Shown piece after piece: positions 26,440-37,103 of a stretch of 64,000 nt of DNA. The stretch's first letter is position 1; every line of letters begins with the position of its first letter. The stretch covers positions 10,594 to 74,593 of the forward strand of contig JAIOQI010000043.1 in NCBI GenBank assembly GCA_021413445.1. Direction: 5' to 3'. The position numbers and the translations under genes are program-made. A model generated the notes under the pieces. That model searched no databases, had not been told where the DNA came from, and saw nothing but the letters and a program-made list of their open reading frames with translations. Source of the stretch: Alphaproteobacteria bacterium (GTDB lineage Bacteria; Pseudomonadota; Alphaproteobacteria; Micavibrionales; UBA2020).

Positions 26440-28492
26440 GTACGCCGCCTTTGGGGTGAAGGATAAAATAAAAGGTCGTGCCTTTTCCCGGCGCCGATTC
26501 AACCCAGATGCGCCCGCCATGCCTTTCGACGATTTTCTTGACGAAGCTCAGCCCCATGCCGGTGCCCGTCTCCCTTTCGCCGTCCGGCGTGGCGATCCTC
26601 CTGAAAATGCGGAAGATCTCCTGATGATGCCTGTTTTCAATGCCGATACCGTTATCCCTGACATAGAACACGCCGTGCTCTTGCCCCTGGGGCGTCTCCA
26701 CGGCGTCAAGGAACCCCACCTCCACCAGCGGCTTCGGCTTGTCATTATATTTCACCGCATTGGTGATAAGGTTGCGAAACACTTCCGTGATCTTGGTTTT
26801 GTCGCAAACAATCTTCGGCAGCGGCTGCGGCATGACGATGCGCGCTTTGTGCTCACTGAGGAAAGTTTCCATCATTTGCTGGACGTCCCTGACGAGGATA
26901 TTGGGGTCGACTTCCTGCACGGCCATCTCCGTGCGTCCCAGCCCCGAGAAATGGAGAAGATCGTTGACAAGGCGCTCCATGCGCTGGCTCAGCTGCGTCA
27001 GGCGGGTCAGCCGGCGCAGCCCCTCAGGGCCCAGCTTGTCCTTGAAATCCTCCATCAGGAACCCGGATTGGATATTCAGCCCGCGGAGCGGCTCTTTCAG
27101 GTCGTGGGACGCGATATGGGCGAAGTCTTCGAGCTCCTGGTTGCTGCGCTCAAGCTCTTTGGTGTATTTCAGGAGCTGCGCCTCGGTTTTCTTGAGGTCC
27201 GTGATATCCCGGATAACCCCCACCAGGAATGGCTCCCCCTCCTCGTTCCGGAAGGCCACTTTTTTGGTGGACAAGATATGCCGCTCGCCCCTGAAGTCGG
27301 TGAAGGATTCCTCGTTGACATCCACCTCGCCGGAATCAAAGACCTTGTTGTCCTTCTCCCAGAAAACATCGGCTTCTTCCTTGGGGAAAAACTCATAGTC
27401 GCTTTTGCCGAGAAACTTCTCCGGCGGCCCGTGCATGAGGTCCCAGAAAGATTTGTTGCCGTCGATCCAGCGGTGCTGCTTGTCTTTCATGAAGATCGGG
27501 TCGGGGATATTGTCCAGCATGTTTTTCAGGTACTGGTGCGTCGCCTGCAGTTTCTTTTCGGTTTCCCCGCGTTCAGCGATGATGGCGCCCAGGAACAGGC
27601 CCGTCGCCGCCACGATCATCATGAAGATTTGCAGCACCAGCAGGTTCTCCCCCAACAGGGCGCTGCCGAAAGAGCCGGCGCCGCCCGTCAGGGCCCAGAT
27701 GGCCAGGGCCGAAGCGATGAACGTCACCAGCGTCGTGCCGCACTGCCCGAAACGCAGCGCCGCCCAGATGGTGAAAGGAAAGATGATGAATTTCCATTCG
27801 CTGTGCGCTTCACGCAGCCCCATAAAAATGCCGGCATAGGCGGCCGCCAGCGCCCCCAGCAGAAGCGGCCCCTCCAGCAGCATGCCCGGTCTCAGGCGGG
27901 GGCAGGGCCTGTTCAGCCACACCAGCAGCAGCGGCGCCACAATCAGGGCGCCCGCCGCATCGCCCAGCCACCAGTCCCGCCAGAGCGGAAGAAAAAGCGC
28001 CCATTTCTGGACGCCGCCGAGACACAGGCTTGTCACGCCGAGAGTGGCGCCGATCATCGTGCTCAGGACCGCGGAAAACAGGATCAGGCCCAGCACGTCC
28101 CGCTGGCGGTTCAGGTCGTTCCTGAACCCGACGAATCGCTGCAGGGCCCAGGCGCCGAAGAGGGCTTCGAGAGTATTGCCGACGCCGATCCCCAGCGCCG
28201 TCAGGACGGGTTCGGCTGCGGTGACGTTGGCGAGAAAAGCGCCTAAAAAAATAGCGGGCAGGACACGGTATCCGGACAACAGCAAGGCCGCCAGCGCGAT
28301 GCCCGTCGGCGGCCAGGCCAGCGTGACCTGTTTGGCCGTCAGGGCCAGCGACAATCCCAGCTTGGCTGAGATGATATAAAGACCCGCCACGATGAAGAGA
28401 ATAACGGCAAGCCTGAGCTTGCCCGTTGATGCCGTCAGGCGAAGATCCAGCGGCTTCTCAAAAGGATCATGCGGGGGAAGAAGGGGGAGCAC
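26432..28492 (-). CDS. MASE1-PAS sensor histidine kinase
   Basis: WPPTGIALA and WWLGD (MASE1), PAS (IPDPIFMKD), ASHDLKEPLR H-box, NAVKY, DNGIG, GTGMGL. Confidence 0.92.
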   Translation of the reverse strand: MLPLLPPHDPFEKPLDLRLTASTGKLRLAVILFIVAGLYIISAKLGLSLALTAKQVTLAWPPTGIALAALLLSGYRVLPAIFLGAFLANVTAAEPVLTALGIGVGNTLEALFGAWALQRFVGFRNDLNRQRDVLGLILFSAVLSTMIGATLGVTSLCLGGVQKWALFLPLWRDWWLGDAAGALIVAPLLLVWLNRPCPRLRPGMLLEGPLLLGALAAAYAGIFMGLREAHSEWKFIIFPFTIWAALRFGQCGTTLVTFIASALAIWALTGGAGSFGSALLGENLLVLQIFMMIVAATGLFLGAIIAERGETEKKLQATHQYLKNMLDNIPDPIFMKDKQHRWIDGNKSFWDLMHGPPEKFLGKSDYEFFPKEEADVFWEKDNKVFDSGEVDVNEESFTDFRGERHILSTKKVAFRNEEGEPFLVGVIRDITDLKKTEAQLLKYTKELERSNQELEDFAHIASHDLKEPLRGLNIQSGFLMEDFKDKLGPEGLRRLTRLTQLSQRMERLVNDLLHFSGLGRTEMAVQEVDPNILVRDVQQMMETFLSEHKARIVMPQPLPKIVCDKTKITEVFRNLITNAVKYNDKPKPLVEVGFLDAVETPQGQEHGVFYVRDNGIGIENRHHQEIFRIFRRIATPDGERETGTGMGLSFVKKIVERHGGRIWVESAPGKGTTFYFILHPKGGVHE

Positions 28493-28670
28493 TTTAGTTC
28501 CTTAAATTGGAATTTATAAAAAACAGTCCGGTTGTATATTAGCTAAAAAAATCATTTTTTATTAACAAATATAGGAAGGCCCGTCAAAATAATGTATGGA
28601 TGCGGCGGCACTATGGCAAAAATCGCCTCCATGGCAGGTTTACTCAAGTGTATTTATAGATATTCTTCTG

Positions 28671-31600
28671 CTATTGCCCCGCGCAGGGCTTGCCGTCGAG
28701 GAACGCGTTCGCACAAGAAGCGTCGTCGCCGGGCTCACCGCCTGCTGCGGGCTCGATATTCGGCAGGTCGCCAAGGTTCAGACCCGGCGGCAGGAACCTG
28801 ATGCTGATATTGCCATTCATCGTCAGTGTCTCAATCCGTTCGAACGGTGAATCCAGGACGATTTTCTGGTTGGCAAGAGAAATAATCGGACGCCCCAGGA
28901 CATCAATACCGAAAGACGGTCCTAAATTGGTTATCCCCGACCCCGGAACAGGGAAGATCACAAAACCGCCCTCGGCGCCATAAATCAGGTTCAGGATATA
29001 GTTGCCGCCCGCCGTCAGCGTGCCGAGGCCGATCTCGTAAGTACCAATGTTCTCACCCTCCAGCCGGCTTAAGCTGCCGTTGAATACACCATCACTGTCG
29101 CCGTTGCGCAATCCGCCGTGGCTGAAGGTCAGCTCGGGATCGGGATCACCGTAAATCTTGCCCGCCGCATTCGTCGTCAGCGTCAGCTCATAGGGCGTGA
29201 TGGTGAAGCCGCCCGCGCCGTCACGGTTGAGGTTGAGCAGGTAGTTGCCCCCCGCCGTCAGCGTGCCGAGGCCGATCTCATAAGCGCCGACGTTCTCGCC
29301 GTCCAAGCGGTCGAGCGCGCCACTGAACACCTTGTCGCTGTCGCCGTTGCGCAAGCCGCCGTGGCTGAAGGTCAGCTCGGGATCGGGATCGCCGTAAATC
29401 TTGCCTGCCGCGTTCGTCGTCAGCGTCAGCTCATACGGCGTGATGCTGAGGGTGCTGCCGGTGTAACTGATACTGTAGTTGCCGCCTGCGTCCAGCGTGC
29501 CCTGCGTGATCGCGTAGTCGCCGACGTTATTGCCGGCGTCGCGGGCCAGCGCGCCGCTCAGCTTGTCGTCATACTGCAGCGCGGTCTTGCCCAGGCCGTA
29601 CGTCAGCGCCGGGTCGGTGTCGCCATAGACCTTGCTCAGCGCATTGGCGGCCACGGTCAGCTCATAAGGCGTGATCGACAAGGTGCTGCCGGTGTAAGTA
29701 ATAGTATAGACGTAATAATCACCATTGACCGTGAGCGTGCCCAAAGTGATCGCGTAATCGCCAACGTCAGTGCCGGCGTCACGCGCCAGCACGCCGGTAA
29801 ACGCATCAGTACCCTCGAGGGCGCCGTTATAGGTGTAAGTCAGGAGCGGATCATCAGAACCGTAAACCTTGTTTTGCGCGTCCGCCACGACGGTCAGGCT
29901 GATCGCGGGCAGCGGATCATCGACCGCTCCGCAAGCCAAAGTGCCGCCGGCATTAAAACAGTCACTGTTGCCGCCGACCTTCTTGCCTTTGACGGTGATC
30001 TTGCCTCCGAACTGGGAGCTGTCAAAATGGTTTTGCGAGTTGCCAAAAAAATTGGCTTTATCGGCATCCGTTCCCGTGACATGCGGGGTGCCGTCAAGCT
30101 TGAGCAAATCGATCCCCCCTGCCGTAAGGCCGCCGCTCGCATCAATACTGGATTTATTAATGGAAACGGCGTCTCCGCCGAAGGTGCTGGTCGCAGAAAT
30201 ATCAACATTTCCGCCGCCGGTCCCGATGGCGGAGGCATTCATGGAAACCGTGTCTCCCGTCAGGCTGATAAAGCCTCCGCGGGTGTATAATGTTGAATTA
30301 TTGATGCTGACAGCCCCAGTGGTGTTAAAAGTGAGGCCACCGCCATTGGTGCGGATATAATTGTTATCAATATTAATCCCGCCGCCGCCGGCCGTCGCGG
30401 AAAGGTTAATGCCCCCCGCCTTCCTGACACTGATATCCGCCGCGAAAGTCAGCGCATCGGAAGTAACAAGGCTGACATCCGCACCGGACGCGCTGATCGT
30501 CTCCGCCAGGGCGGCATCAACCGTCAGGGTCGTCGGGTCCAGCAGCCATAGGCCGAGAGCGCCGAAGGGGGCGGTCGCATCAACTGTCGTGCCCGCCACG
30601 TCCAGCACACCTTTGGAAGATGTTTCTACCAACCCTCCATTGCCGCCGCTGGCGCCGCCCCTGGCATAAAAACTGCCCCTGCTGGTCGTGTTCTTTTCAG
30701 ACCACACGACGATGGAGCCGCCATTGCCGTTGTCGGCCGCATTCGCGCTGATAACAGCGTCATCGGCGATTTTAACCGTATCCGCCTTTTCAAGGGCGCC
30801 CGCGCCCTGCGCGTCGCCGCCAATTTTAATGGTACCGCCGTTGACACCGGAAACATCGACCGTGCCGCTGACTTTTACAGCAGCGCCACCGCCGGTCAGG
30901 ATGATTTCGCCGTTACGGCTGACCAGCCCGCGCGCCTGAATGATGCCGGAGTTGTTGATTGCCGAATTCACCATGTCGCTGGCGGCCGCCGCCGTCATCA
31001 GGACTTTGCCGCCATCCGTCACGATGGAGCCGCTGTTTTCCGCTGAAATATTGCGGGCAGAGGAGCCTTTCGGCTCCGCCACGGCCAGATGGATCAGCCC
31101 GTCGCCATACAAATCGACGCCAAAGGTATCGCCGGCGCCAAGCTGGATTTTGGCGAGATTGCCCTCGATCACCCCGCTGTTACGCACGACCGGCGCGACA
31201 AAAGCCGCCAGGCCTTCGTTCTGAACGGTGACATACCCCCTGTTCTCGACAACAGCATTCGGATTGCCCGGGATATTGAACTCATAAACCCCGCTTGATC
31301 CCATGAAGGCGGCATCGGCAATGCCTGCCGAAGAGGCGATGAAACCCGCCGTATCGACATGGGCACCGCCGCCGATCAGGATCCCGTTGGGGTTGATGAT
31401 GAAGACATGGCCGTTGGCCAGCAGGTTACCGTTGATCGCGCTGAGCTGGGTGCTGTTGACAACCCGGTTAAGCGCCACCGCGCTGGAACTGGGCTGGTAA
31501 AAATGCGTCGTTTCGCCGGTGGCGATGTCAAAGGATTTCCAGTCGATAATGGCGCGGCTGCTGCTCTGGTTAATCTGCAGCTCCGCCGCCGTGCTGGTGA

Positions 31601-31790
31601 TGGTCGCCGCCCCCCCTGTCACAACCCCGTCAAGCGGATTTGCCAGGGCGACGCCGGACAGGCCGGAAGAAACACCGCACAACAAAACCATGCGCGTGCA
31701 GATGTTCAGGACCTGCTTGCCCTTTTTCTGGAAGCTCCAGCGAAATTCATCCTTGACGAGGCGATGATCGACCATGACTGCATACTCCAA
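28671..31790 (-). CDS. TpsA filamentous-haemagglutinin-family exoprotein with MBG-type repeats
   Basis: VALA-NP signal, IIDWKSF, NPNGI TPS motif, GGLVETS, WLLDP, four KVYGD.DP repeats; start uncertain. Confidence 0.9.
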   Translation of the reverse strand: MEYAVMVDHRLVKDEFRWSFQKKGKQVLNICTRMVLLCGVSSGLSGVALANPLDGVVTGGAATITSTAAELQINQSSSRAIIDWKSFDIATGETTHFYQPSSSAVALNRVVNSTQLSAINGNLLANGHVFIINPNGILIGGGAHVDTAGFIASSAGIADAAFMGSSGVYEFNIPGNPNAVVENRGYVTVQNEGLAAFVAPVVRNSGVIEGNLAKIQLGAGDTFGVDLYGDGLIHLAVAEPKGSSARNISAENSGSIVTDGGKVLMTAAAASDMVNSAINNSGIIQARGLVSRNGEIILTGGGAAVKVSGTVDVSGVNGGTIKIGGDAQGAGALEKADTVKIADDAVISANAADNGNGGSIVVWSEKNTTSRGSFYARGGASGGNGGLVETSSKGVLDVAGTTVDATAPFGALGLWLLDPTTLTVDAALAETISASGADVSLVTSDALTFAADISVRKAGGINLSATAGGGGINIDNNYIRTNGGGLTFNTTGAVSINNSTLYTRGGFISLTGDTVSMNASAIGTGGGNVDISATSTFGGDAVSINKSSIDASGGLTAGGIDLLKLDGTPHVTGTDADKANFFGNSQNHFDSSQFGGKITVKGKKVGGNSDCFNAGGTLACGAVDDPLPAISLTVVADAQNKVYGSDDPLLTYTYNGALEGTDAFTGVLARDAGTDVGDYAITLGTLTVNGDYYVYTITYTGSTLSITPYELTVAANALSKVYGDTDPALTYGLGKTALQYDDKLSGALARDAGNNVGDYAITQGTLDAGGNYSISYTGSTLSITPYELTLTTNAAGKIYGDPDPELTFSHGGLRNGDSDKVFSGALDRLDGENVGAYEIGLGTLTAGGNYLLNLNRDGAGGFTITPYELTLTTNAAGKIYGDPDPELTFSHGGLRNGDSDGVFNGSLSRLEGENIGTYEIGLGTLTAGGNYILNLIYGAEGGFVIFPVPGSGITNLGPSFGIDVLGRPIISLANQKIVLDSPFERIETLTMNGNISIRFLPPGLNLGDLPNIEPAAGGEPGDDASCANAFLDGKPCAGQ
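28985..29450 (-). repeat. Two near-identical ~243-bp coding repeats in TpsA
   Basis: GTGGCTGAAGGTCAGCTCGGGATCGGGATC recurs at 29118 and 29361. Confidence 0.85.
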
Positions 31791-31904
31791 GAGACTTCCT
31801 GAAGAAAGATGAAGCTTTAACTCACATAACCCGAATCTTTTAATTCTAACATTAGCTTAAGGAAAATAAAAAGCGCTTACTATGTAAATTATCTCTTAAC
31901 TTTA

Positions 31905-33626
31905 TTAAAATCTGCTTAACATGCTTAAAAATAACCGATAGCCGTCATTCCCCTCAGAAGTAACGTCTTTATTCAAGGGCTTATCCAATTCTACGTAGCC
32001 TGAGAAGTTCTGCACCCCGTTGAAACGGATACCGAGTCCCGCCGAGGTCAGCGAATCCCTGGATTTTTCGCCCACGGCGGGGTCTTTGTTGTTCACCCGG
32101 CCGTAATCGATGTTGCCGTAGGCCTGATAGGACTCGATGAAACGATTGCTGACGGCGGCGCCATAGCGCAGTTCCACCACGCCCGCCCAGCCGCCGTCGC
32201 CTGTAATCTCGCCGGAATCATAGGCGCGGCCATAGGACTGCCCGCCGACCGTAAATTCCTCAGAGGACAGCAAAGGATCGCGGGAGACCTGGCCGGTCCC
32301 GGACAACATCAGGGCGTAGTGATCCGACAAGGTCTGAACCCGCGTGGCCGTCACGGCGCCTTTCAGGAACCGGTGCGCGCCGTTTGCGCGGGAACGGCCC
32401 GGGCCGTCCTCGGTCGCGCCCAGGATGTCCAGACCCTGAGTCGCCGTCAGGTCAACCTTGCTGACGCCATTGAAGGAATCGGCATAGTCGAATTGGGCGG
32501 TGGCGTGCAGGGTGCGCACGCGGTCATTGGCCGTCTTGATGCCCTGAATATCCGTCACCGAATTGAGCGCCTCCAGCCCGCCGAGAAGATTCAGGTTGTA
32601 ACGGCGGTTGCGCATCATGGGATAGTTGCCTTCCAGGGCATACGTCTGGCTGTCTCCCTGGATGCCCAGCGCCGCGATGTTGCCGCCCGGCTCGGAGCCG
32701 GTGAGCGTCACCTGACCTTTGATTTTAAATCCCTCGGAGCCGATTTGCTCTTCATGCGTGATTTCGCCGAACTTCAGTTCCTTCGTCTCTCTTGTCACAA
32801 TGCCGCGGAGGGTCGTGCGGTCATGGATGCCGAGCGTTGAACTGAAGGCGCCCACCAGCGTTCCCTTATAAGGGCCGATATATTTTGAACTGCGGTTGTC
32901 GATACTGGCGGCCCCCTCGAAAAGATCTTCCTCGATGTTGATAATCAGGTCGCCGCCGCCCACAGTGCCGGACGGCTTGATAAAGCTTTTGGCGGTGATG
33001 CCCGGCAGGTCGTCGATGAGGAGCAGATAACGCTCCATCTCCCTGGTATTGGCGACGCCCGCCGCCTTGATCTTATCGGCGAATGCCGCGATGAGTCCGT
33101 CTTTATCGCGGAATTTCCCCACCAGCCTGACGTCGGAAATGCGGCCCTCAACGGCGCGCAAGTGGACGACGCCGCCGGAGATTTTTTGCGGCGACAGGAC
33201 CGCCCGCGAGAAAATATACCCGTCTTCGCGGTATTTTTTGGTGACGCGTTGCGCAATGATGTTCAGGTCGGCAAAGGAAACTTTGCTGTCCAGCATGCCT
33301 TTGTACAAAGGGGCCAGGGCGGCATCCTTATAAACGGATGTTCCGTCCAGAACGATTTTCTTGAGAACAAAAACTTTTTCCGTGCTGAGGCCCTTGCCGG
33401 CAGCCTCTTCCCGGGGGACCACGACCCCCTCTTCGAGGCGGGACGGCGCGCGCTTTTCCTCTTCCAGGCTCCGCAGGATGATGCCGGGCTGGGCGGGAGA
33501 GGGTATCGACTGCGCCGGGGACGCTTCCGGCAAAGCCAGCACGAAAAACGCCACGGCCGCCAAAGCCTTAAAACTCCGCGTATCAGGGCGATGTCGCATG
33601 ACCTTGTATTTCCTGTTAGGCTTCAA
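31905..33626 (-). CDS. TpsB (ShlB/FhaC/HecB) outer-membrane transporter
   Basis: POTRA (YREDGYIFSRA, VEGRI), DLPGI, GG..YGRAY, C-terminal Phe; upstream of TpsA. Confidence 0.92.
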   Translation of the reverse strand: MKPNRKYKVMRHRPDTRSFKALAAVAFFVLALPEASPAQSIPSPAQPGIILRSLEEEKRAPSRLEEGVVVPREEAAGKGLSTEKVFVLKKIVLDGTSVYKDAALAPLYKGMLDSKVSFADLNIIAQRVTKKYREDGYIFSRAVLSPQKISGGVVHLRAVEGRISDVRLVGKFRDKDGLIAAFADKIKAAGVANTREMERYLLLIDDLPGITAKSFIKPSGTVGGGDLIINIEEDLFEGAASIDNRSSKYIGPYKGTLVGAFSSTLGIHDRTTLRGIVTRETKELKFGEITHEEQIGSEGFKIKGQVTLTGSEPGGNIAALGIQGDSQTYALEGNYPMMRNRRYNLNLLGGLEALNSVTDIQGIKTANDRVRTLHATAQFDYADSFNGVSKVDLTATQGLDILGATEDGPGRSRANGAHRFLKGAVTATRVQTLSDHYALMLSGTGQVSRDPLLSSEEFTVGGQSYGRAYDSGEITGDGGWAGVVELRYGAAVSNRFIESYQAYGNIDYGRVNNKDPAVGEKSRDSLTSAGLGIRFNGVQNFSGYVELDKPLNKDVTSEGNDGYRLFLSMLSRF

Positions 33627-33928
33627 TGGTATGTGTCGATTTCAATGGAAGGGTTCTGAAAGAATAAGGAACGAATTCTTACTACGTGGCGTAGGGGAAG
33701 TAAATATATGCATTGCATTGTATGCAAATATTTATCCCCTTCATCCTGAAGGGGGAATCCGCCCCTGTCCTGGAGAGGCTGTTTTGCAGAATTATCACAG
33801 CCCGGAGCTTGCGGATACTTTATTTCCATAGGTAATAACTATTGGTTAATTTTTATATGTTACAAATTAAAGGATAGGGGTATCTGCGACTCTGTCGCTT
33901 TAACGTGTTTCATTCAGAGGGATTATTC

Positions 33929-34618
33929 ATGAAAAAATATATCGTGGCGGCGGCTTTGGCGGTGGTTTTGAGTGCGGCTGTTTTTACATCGGCATGGGCT
34001 TTGACTCTGTGCACCAACAAGGCTGGCGTCGTGGTAAAGTGTAGCCTAGGTTCAATTCCGATGGATGCAGCGCGTGTGGACAATCCGGCAGATGCGCCAT
34101 TTCAAGCCAGTATTAATCCCGGGATACTTCATGCCCGCGCAAAGGCCATAAGCGACTATTTCACAACGCGGCAAATTCGTGTTGATTTAGATTGGCAACA
34201 GCTTGGCCTCAAAGATCAGAATGATTTTCTTGCCTTGGCACGGGATGCAGAACAATTCTTCAGCATGCGCCAACGCGTCCTGACAGGTTACAAGTTAGGG
34301 GCTACAATGCCCAATTTTGACACTATCTACGGGCAACTTGGTTTCGCTACCCCGGATGCAGCGTGGAGGTGGTATGGTGGGTATACCAATTATATCCTTG
34401 GCCTGGAATCCTCTTTCCCCGGAAACGAGCGGGGTGATTTGATATTCTATCCGCGTACTGTGCGTGATGAGATAATCAAGAGATCCCTGCAACAGAGTGG
34501 TGATGTCCCTTTCTCCGCAACTGTAACATGCAACTACGGATACGCTTATAGTAATGAAAAAAAGAAATGCGTGCCGAATCCGCGGTTGCCGGATGCAGCG
34601 AACATCTCTCCGAGATAA
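33929..34618 (+). CDS. Hypothetical secreted protein
   Basis: MKKYIVAAALAVV...SAWA signal peptide, paired Cys at both ends, AT-richer codon usage. Confidence 0.7.
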   Translation: MKKYIVAAALAVVLSAAVFTSAWALTLCTNKAGVVVKCSLGSIPMDAARVDNPADAPFQASINPGILHARAKAISDYFTTRQIRVDLDWQQLGLKDQNDFLALARDAEQFFSMRQRVLTGYKLGATMPNFDTIYGQLGFATPDAAWRWYGGYTNYILGLESSFPGNERGDLIFYPRTVRDEIIKRSLQQSGDVPFSATVTCNYGYAYSNEKKKCVPNPRLPDAANISPR

Positions 34619-34639
34619 TAATCTCGCACTATCAAGATA

Positions 34640-34680
34640 AAAAAAACGGCGACCGCCTTTTAAGGGCTGGTCGCCGTTTT
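34640..34680. terminator. Bidirectional intrinsic terminator
   Basis: AAAACGGCGACC/GGTCGCCGTTTT stem between convergent genes. Confidence 0.8.
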
Positions 34681-34700
34681 AATTCATCAGCCCGACAAGC

Positions 34701-34880
34701 TTAGTGCTTGGGGGTGTTGTCTTGCTGTTGCTTGGCTTTCGGATGGTTGGCCGGATAGTTAATCGGCAGGCCTTCAACGTAGTTGATAAATCCGGTAAAG
34801 GGGCCGTCAAAACGAGCCCTGTCAACGGCACCGGCAACGGCATTATAAACGGTGGTCAGTATGTTTTTCGTGTTCTTCAT
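34701..34880 (-). CDS. Small hypothetical protein (59 aa, absent from the ORF track)
   Basis: GAAGGAGA RBS, ATG...TAA, MKNTKNILTTVYNAVAGAVDR...DNTPKH, upstream TTGACA-N18-TATAAC and downstream terminator. Confidence 0.7.
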   Translation of the reverse strand: MKNTKNILTTVYNAVAGAVDRARFDGPFTGFINYVEGLPINYPANHPKAKQQQDNTPKH

Positions 34881-35134
34881 GGTGATCTCCTTCAGGGGTT
34901 AATCGTTGTAACTTTATGTGTTATACATATCGTTGTAACAATCTGTCAACACCTATTTTGACTATTCTGGTATTAAATGCAGGGGTTCAAGCTGATGGCC
35001 TATAAATATAATATATTATTATCAATACCTTATAAGTGTTTTTACATATTTATTTGACATATAACAAGAACTCGATTAGTATTTATTCTGTTATTTTATA
35101 GAATCGCCCAAAGAATCTGAAAAAAGGAGAGACC

Positions 35135-35503
35135 ATGACCGAATACACACAATTAGACGATTACACCCTGCTGGCCACCCAAAACCTGCCGACCGGCGGC
35201 ACGCTCAGCCGCTATTTCAACTTCGCCGCCGGGCAGATCGTGACCCTTTTCACCCAGCGGTCGGAGATGAAGGATAGCGCTGAAAAAAGCACCTACTCTT
35301 CCGAAGGCGGCGTTGCCGTTTCCGTTGCCGTTTCCACCGCTCTCACCTCGCAGATGCAGATCCAGAATTTCAGCAGCCTGGATTCTACGGTGGAGCTCGA
35401 GCAGATGCACGCCATCCTGAAACAAAAAGGCGGCAACCCTCCCCCGCTCGATGAAAAACTGACCGGCAAAATCGACAAGCCTTCTAAAAACCACCTGGGA
35501 TAA
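35135..35503 (+). CDS. Hypothetical protein
   Basis: AAGGAG RBS; TTGACA-N17-TAGTAT promoter at 35054-35082. Confidence 0.75.
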   Translation: MTEYTQLDDYTLLATQNLPTGGTLSRYFNFAAGQIVTLFTQRSEMKDSAEKSTYSSEGGVAVSVAVSTALTSQMQIQNFSSLDSTVELEQMHAILKQKGGNPPPLDEKLTGKIDKPSKNHLG

Positions 35504-35508
35504 AATCC

Positions 35509-36498
35509 GTGGGATTCTCCATCGGCCCCATCAGGATTGAAGACCCGGTTTTCCTCGCGCCGATGTCCGGCGTGACGGATTTGCCGTTCCGCCGCCTCGT
35601 CAAGCGCTACGGCGCGGGGCTGGTGTTTTCGGAGATGATCGCCAGCCGCTCGATGATCGAGGAATGGCGCAGCCCTTCAAAAATAAAACCCGACTACGCC
35701 GAAGAATTCCCGATGGCGGTGCAGCTCGCCGGCTGCGAGCCCGAGATCATGGCCGAGGCGGCGCGCATCAACGTCGGGCGCGGCGCGGCGATCATCGACA
35801 TCAATTTCGGCTGCCCGGTCAAGAAAATCGTCAACACCTACGGCGGCTCCGCCCTGATGAAGGACGAACGGCTCGCCGCAAAAATCATGGCAGAGACTGT
35901 CAAAGCTGTCGGCGTTCCGGTCACTGTCAAGATGCGCCTCGGTTGGGATGAGGCCAGCCTCAACGCGGCGCGGCTGGCCAAAATCGCCGAGGAAGTCGGC
36001 ATCCAAATGATTACCGTCCACGGCCGCACCCGCAACCAGCTGTTCAGCGGCAGCGCCGATTGGGAGGCGGTCCGCGCCGTCAGGCAAGCCGTGCAGATTC
36101 CTGTCGTCGTGAATGGCGACATCCTAACGCCCGAGGATGCCGCACGGGCGCTGAGCATCTCCGGCGCCGACGGCGTGATGATCGGCCGCGGCTGCTACGG
36201 CAAGCCCTGGCTTTTACGCCAGACCATCGACTTTCTCCGCAGCGGCATCATCAGCGCAACGCCGCCATTGGCGGAAATATCATCTCTCATCCGGGAACAC
36301 TATGACGCGATGCTGGCGCACTACGGCAGCGGCGAGCGGCAGGGCGTCGCCATCGCGCGCAAGCATATTTCCTGGTATTGCCAAGACCTGCCGGGGTCGG
36401 CGGAATTCCGCGCCGAGGTCAACAGAATCGGCGACCCCGAAATCGTCAAAGAAAAGCTGCGCGGCTATTTCTCTAATATCACCTCCCGCGCTGCTTAA
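35509..36498 (+). CDS. dusB: tRNA-dihydrouridine synthase B
   Basis: [39 protein letters not shown]. Confidence 0.95.
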   Translation: MGFSIGPIRIEDPVFLAPMSGVTDLPFRRLVKRYGAGLVFSEMIASRSMIEEWRSPSKIKPDYAEEFPMAVQLAGCEPEIMAEAARINVGRGAAIIDINFGCPVKKIVNTYGGSALMKDERLAAKIMAETVKAVGVPVTVKMRLGWDEASLNAARLAKIAEEVGIQMITVHGRTRNQLFSGSADWEAVRAVRQAVQIPVVVNGDILTPEDAARALSISGADGVMIGRGCYGKPWLLRQTIDFLRSGIISATPPLAEISSLIREHYDAMLAHYGSGERQGVAIARKHISWYCQDLPGSAEFRAEVNRIGDPEIVKEKLRGYFSNITSRAA

Positions 36499-36696
36499 GT
36501 TATGTATTCGGCGGCGCACGCATTGAATCAATTCTATTTTTTCACCGCCGTTTTCAGAAACGACGGATGATTCTGAATAGCAAAAATTTATTTTAAAAAC
36601 GGGATAGACACACCCCGTTTTGCCTATATTCTTACACACGGGCCTCAACAGCCTTTTTTACTTCACCGTCGTTTCAACATTCAGGGAGAAAAAAAT

Positions 36697-37086
36697 ATGA
36701 AGACCATTACCAGCCAGGAAATCAAAAAATACATCGACAACGGCGTTAAAGTCGCCTTCGTCGAAGCCATGCAGGAAAAATATTTCACCGAAGGCCACCT
36801 GCCGGGCGCCTTCTCGATCGCTCCGGAAAAAATCAAGGAACTCGCTCCCAAGTTCCTGCAGGACAAGAACCAGACCATCGTCACCTACTGCGCAAACACC
36901 AACTGCCAGAACTCCAAGACGGCGGCGGAAGCCCTCTTCGGCCTCGGCTACAAGAACGTGGTTGTGTATGCCGGCGGCAAGGAAGACTGGAAAAAATCCG
37001 GCTTCAAGTTTGAAGGCAACGTCAGCAACGGCGATGTCAAGACCGGCGCCTGCGGCACGAAAAAATCCGGCGGCAGCTGCAGCTAA
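36697..37086 (+). CDS. Rhodanese-like protein
   Basis: GHLPGA, YCANTNCQNS, GYKNV..YAGGKEDW; Cys-containing tail GACG...GGSCS. Confidence 0.85.
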   Translation: MKTITSQEIKKYIDNGVKVAFVEAMQEKYFTEGHLPGAFSIAPEKIKELAPKFLQDKNQTIVTYCANTNCQNSKTAAEALFGLGYKNVVVYAGGKEDWKKSGFKFEGNVSNGDVKTGACGTKKSGGSCS

Positions 37087-37103
37087 TCGACAATAACTTC
37101 CCG

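Noticed and set aside
19485-34680. Integrative island starting at tRNA-Thr
   Set aside because: No integrase and no duplicated tRNA 3' end was found, and composition mostly matches the host. The region is accessory-looking but not supportable as a mobile element.
34704-34961. 85-aa + strand ORF
   Set aside because: The opposite-strand 59-aa ORF has the RBS, promoter and terminator.
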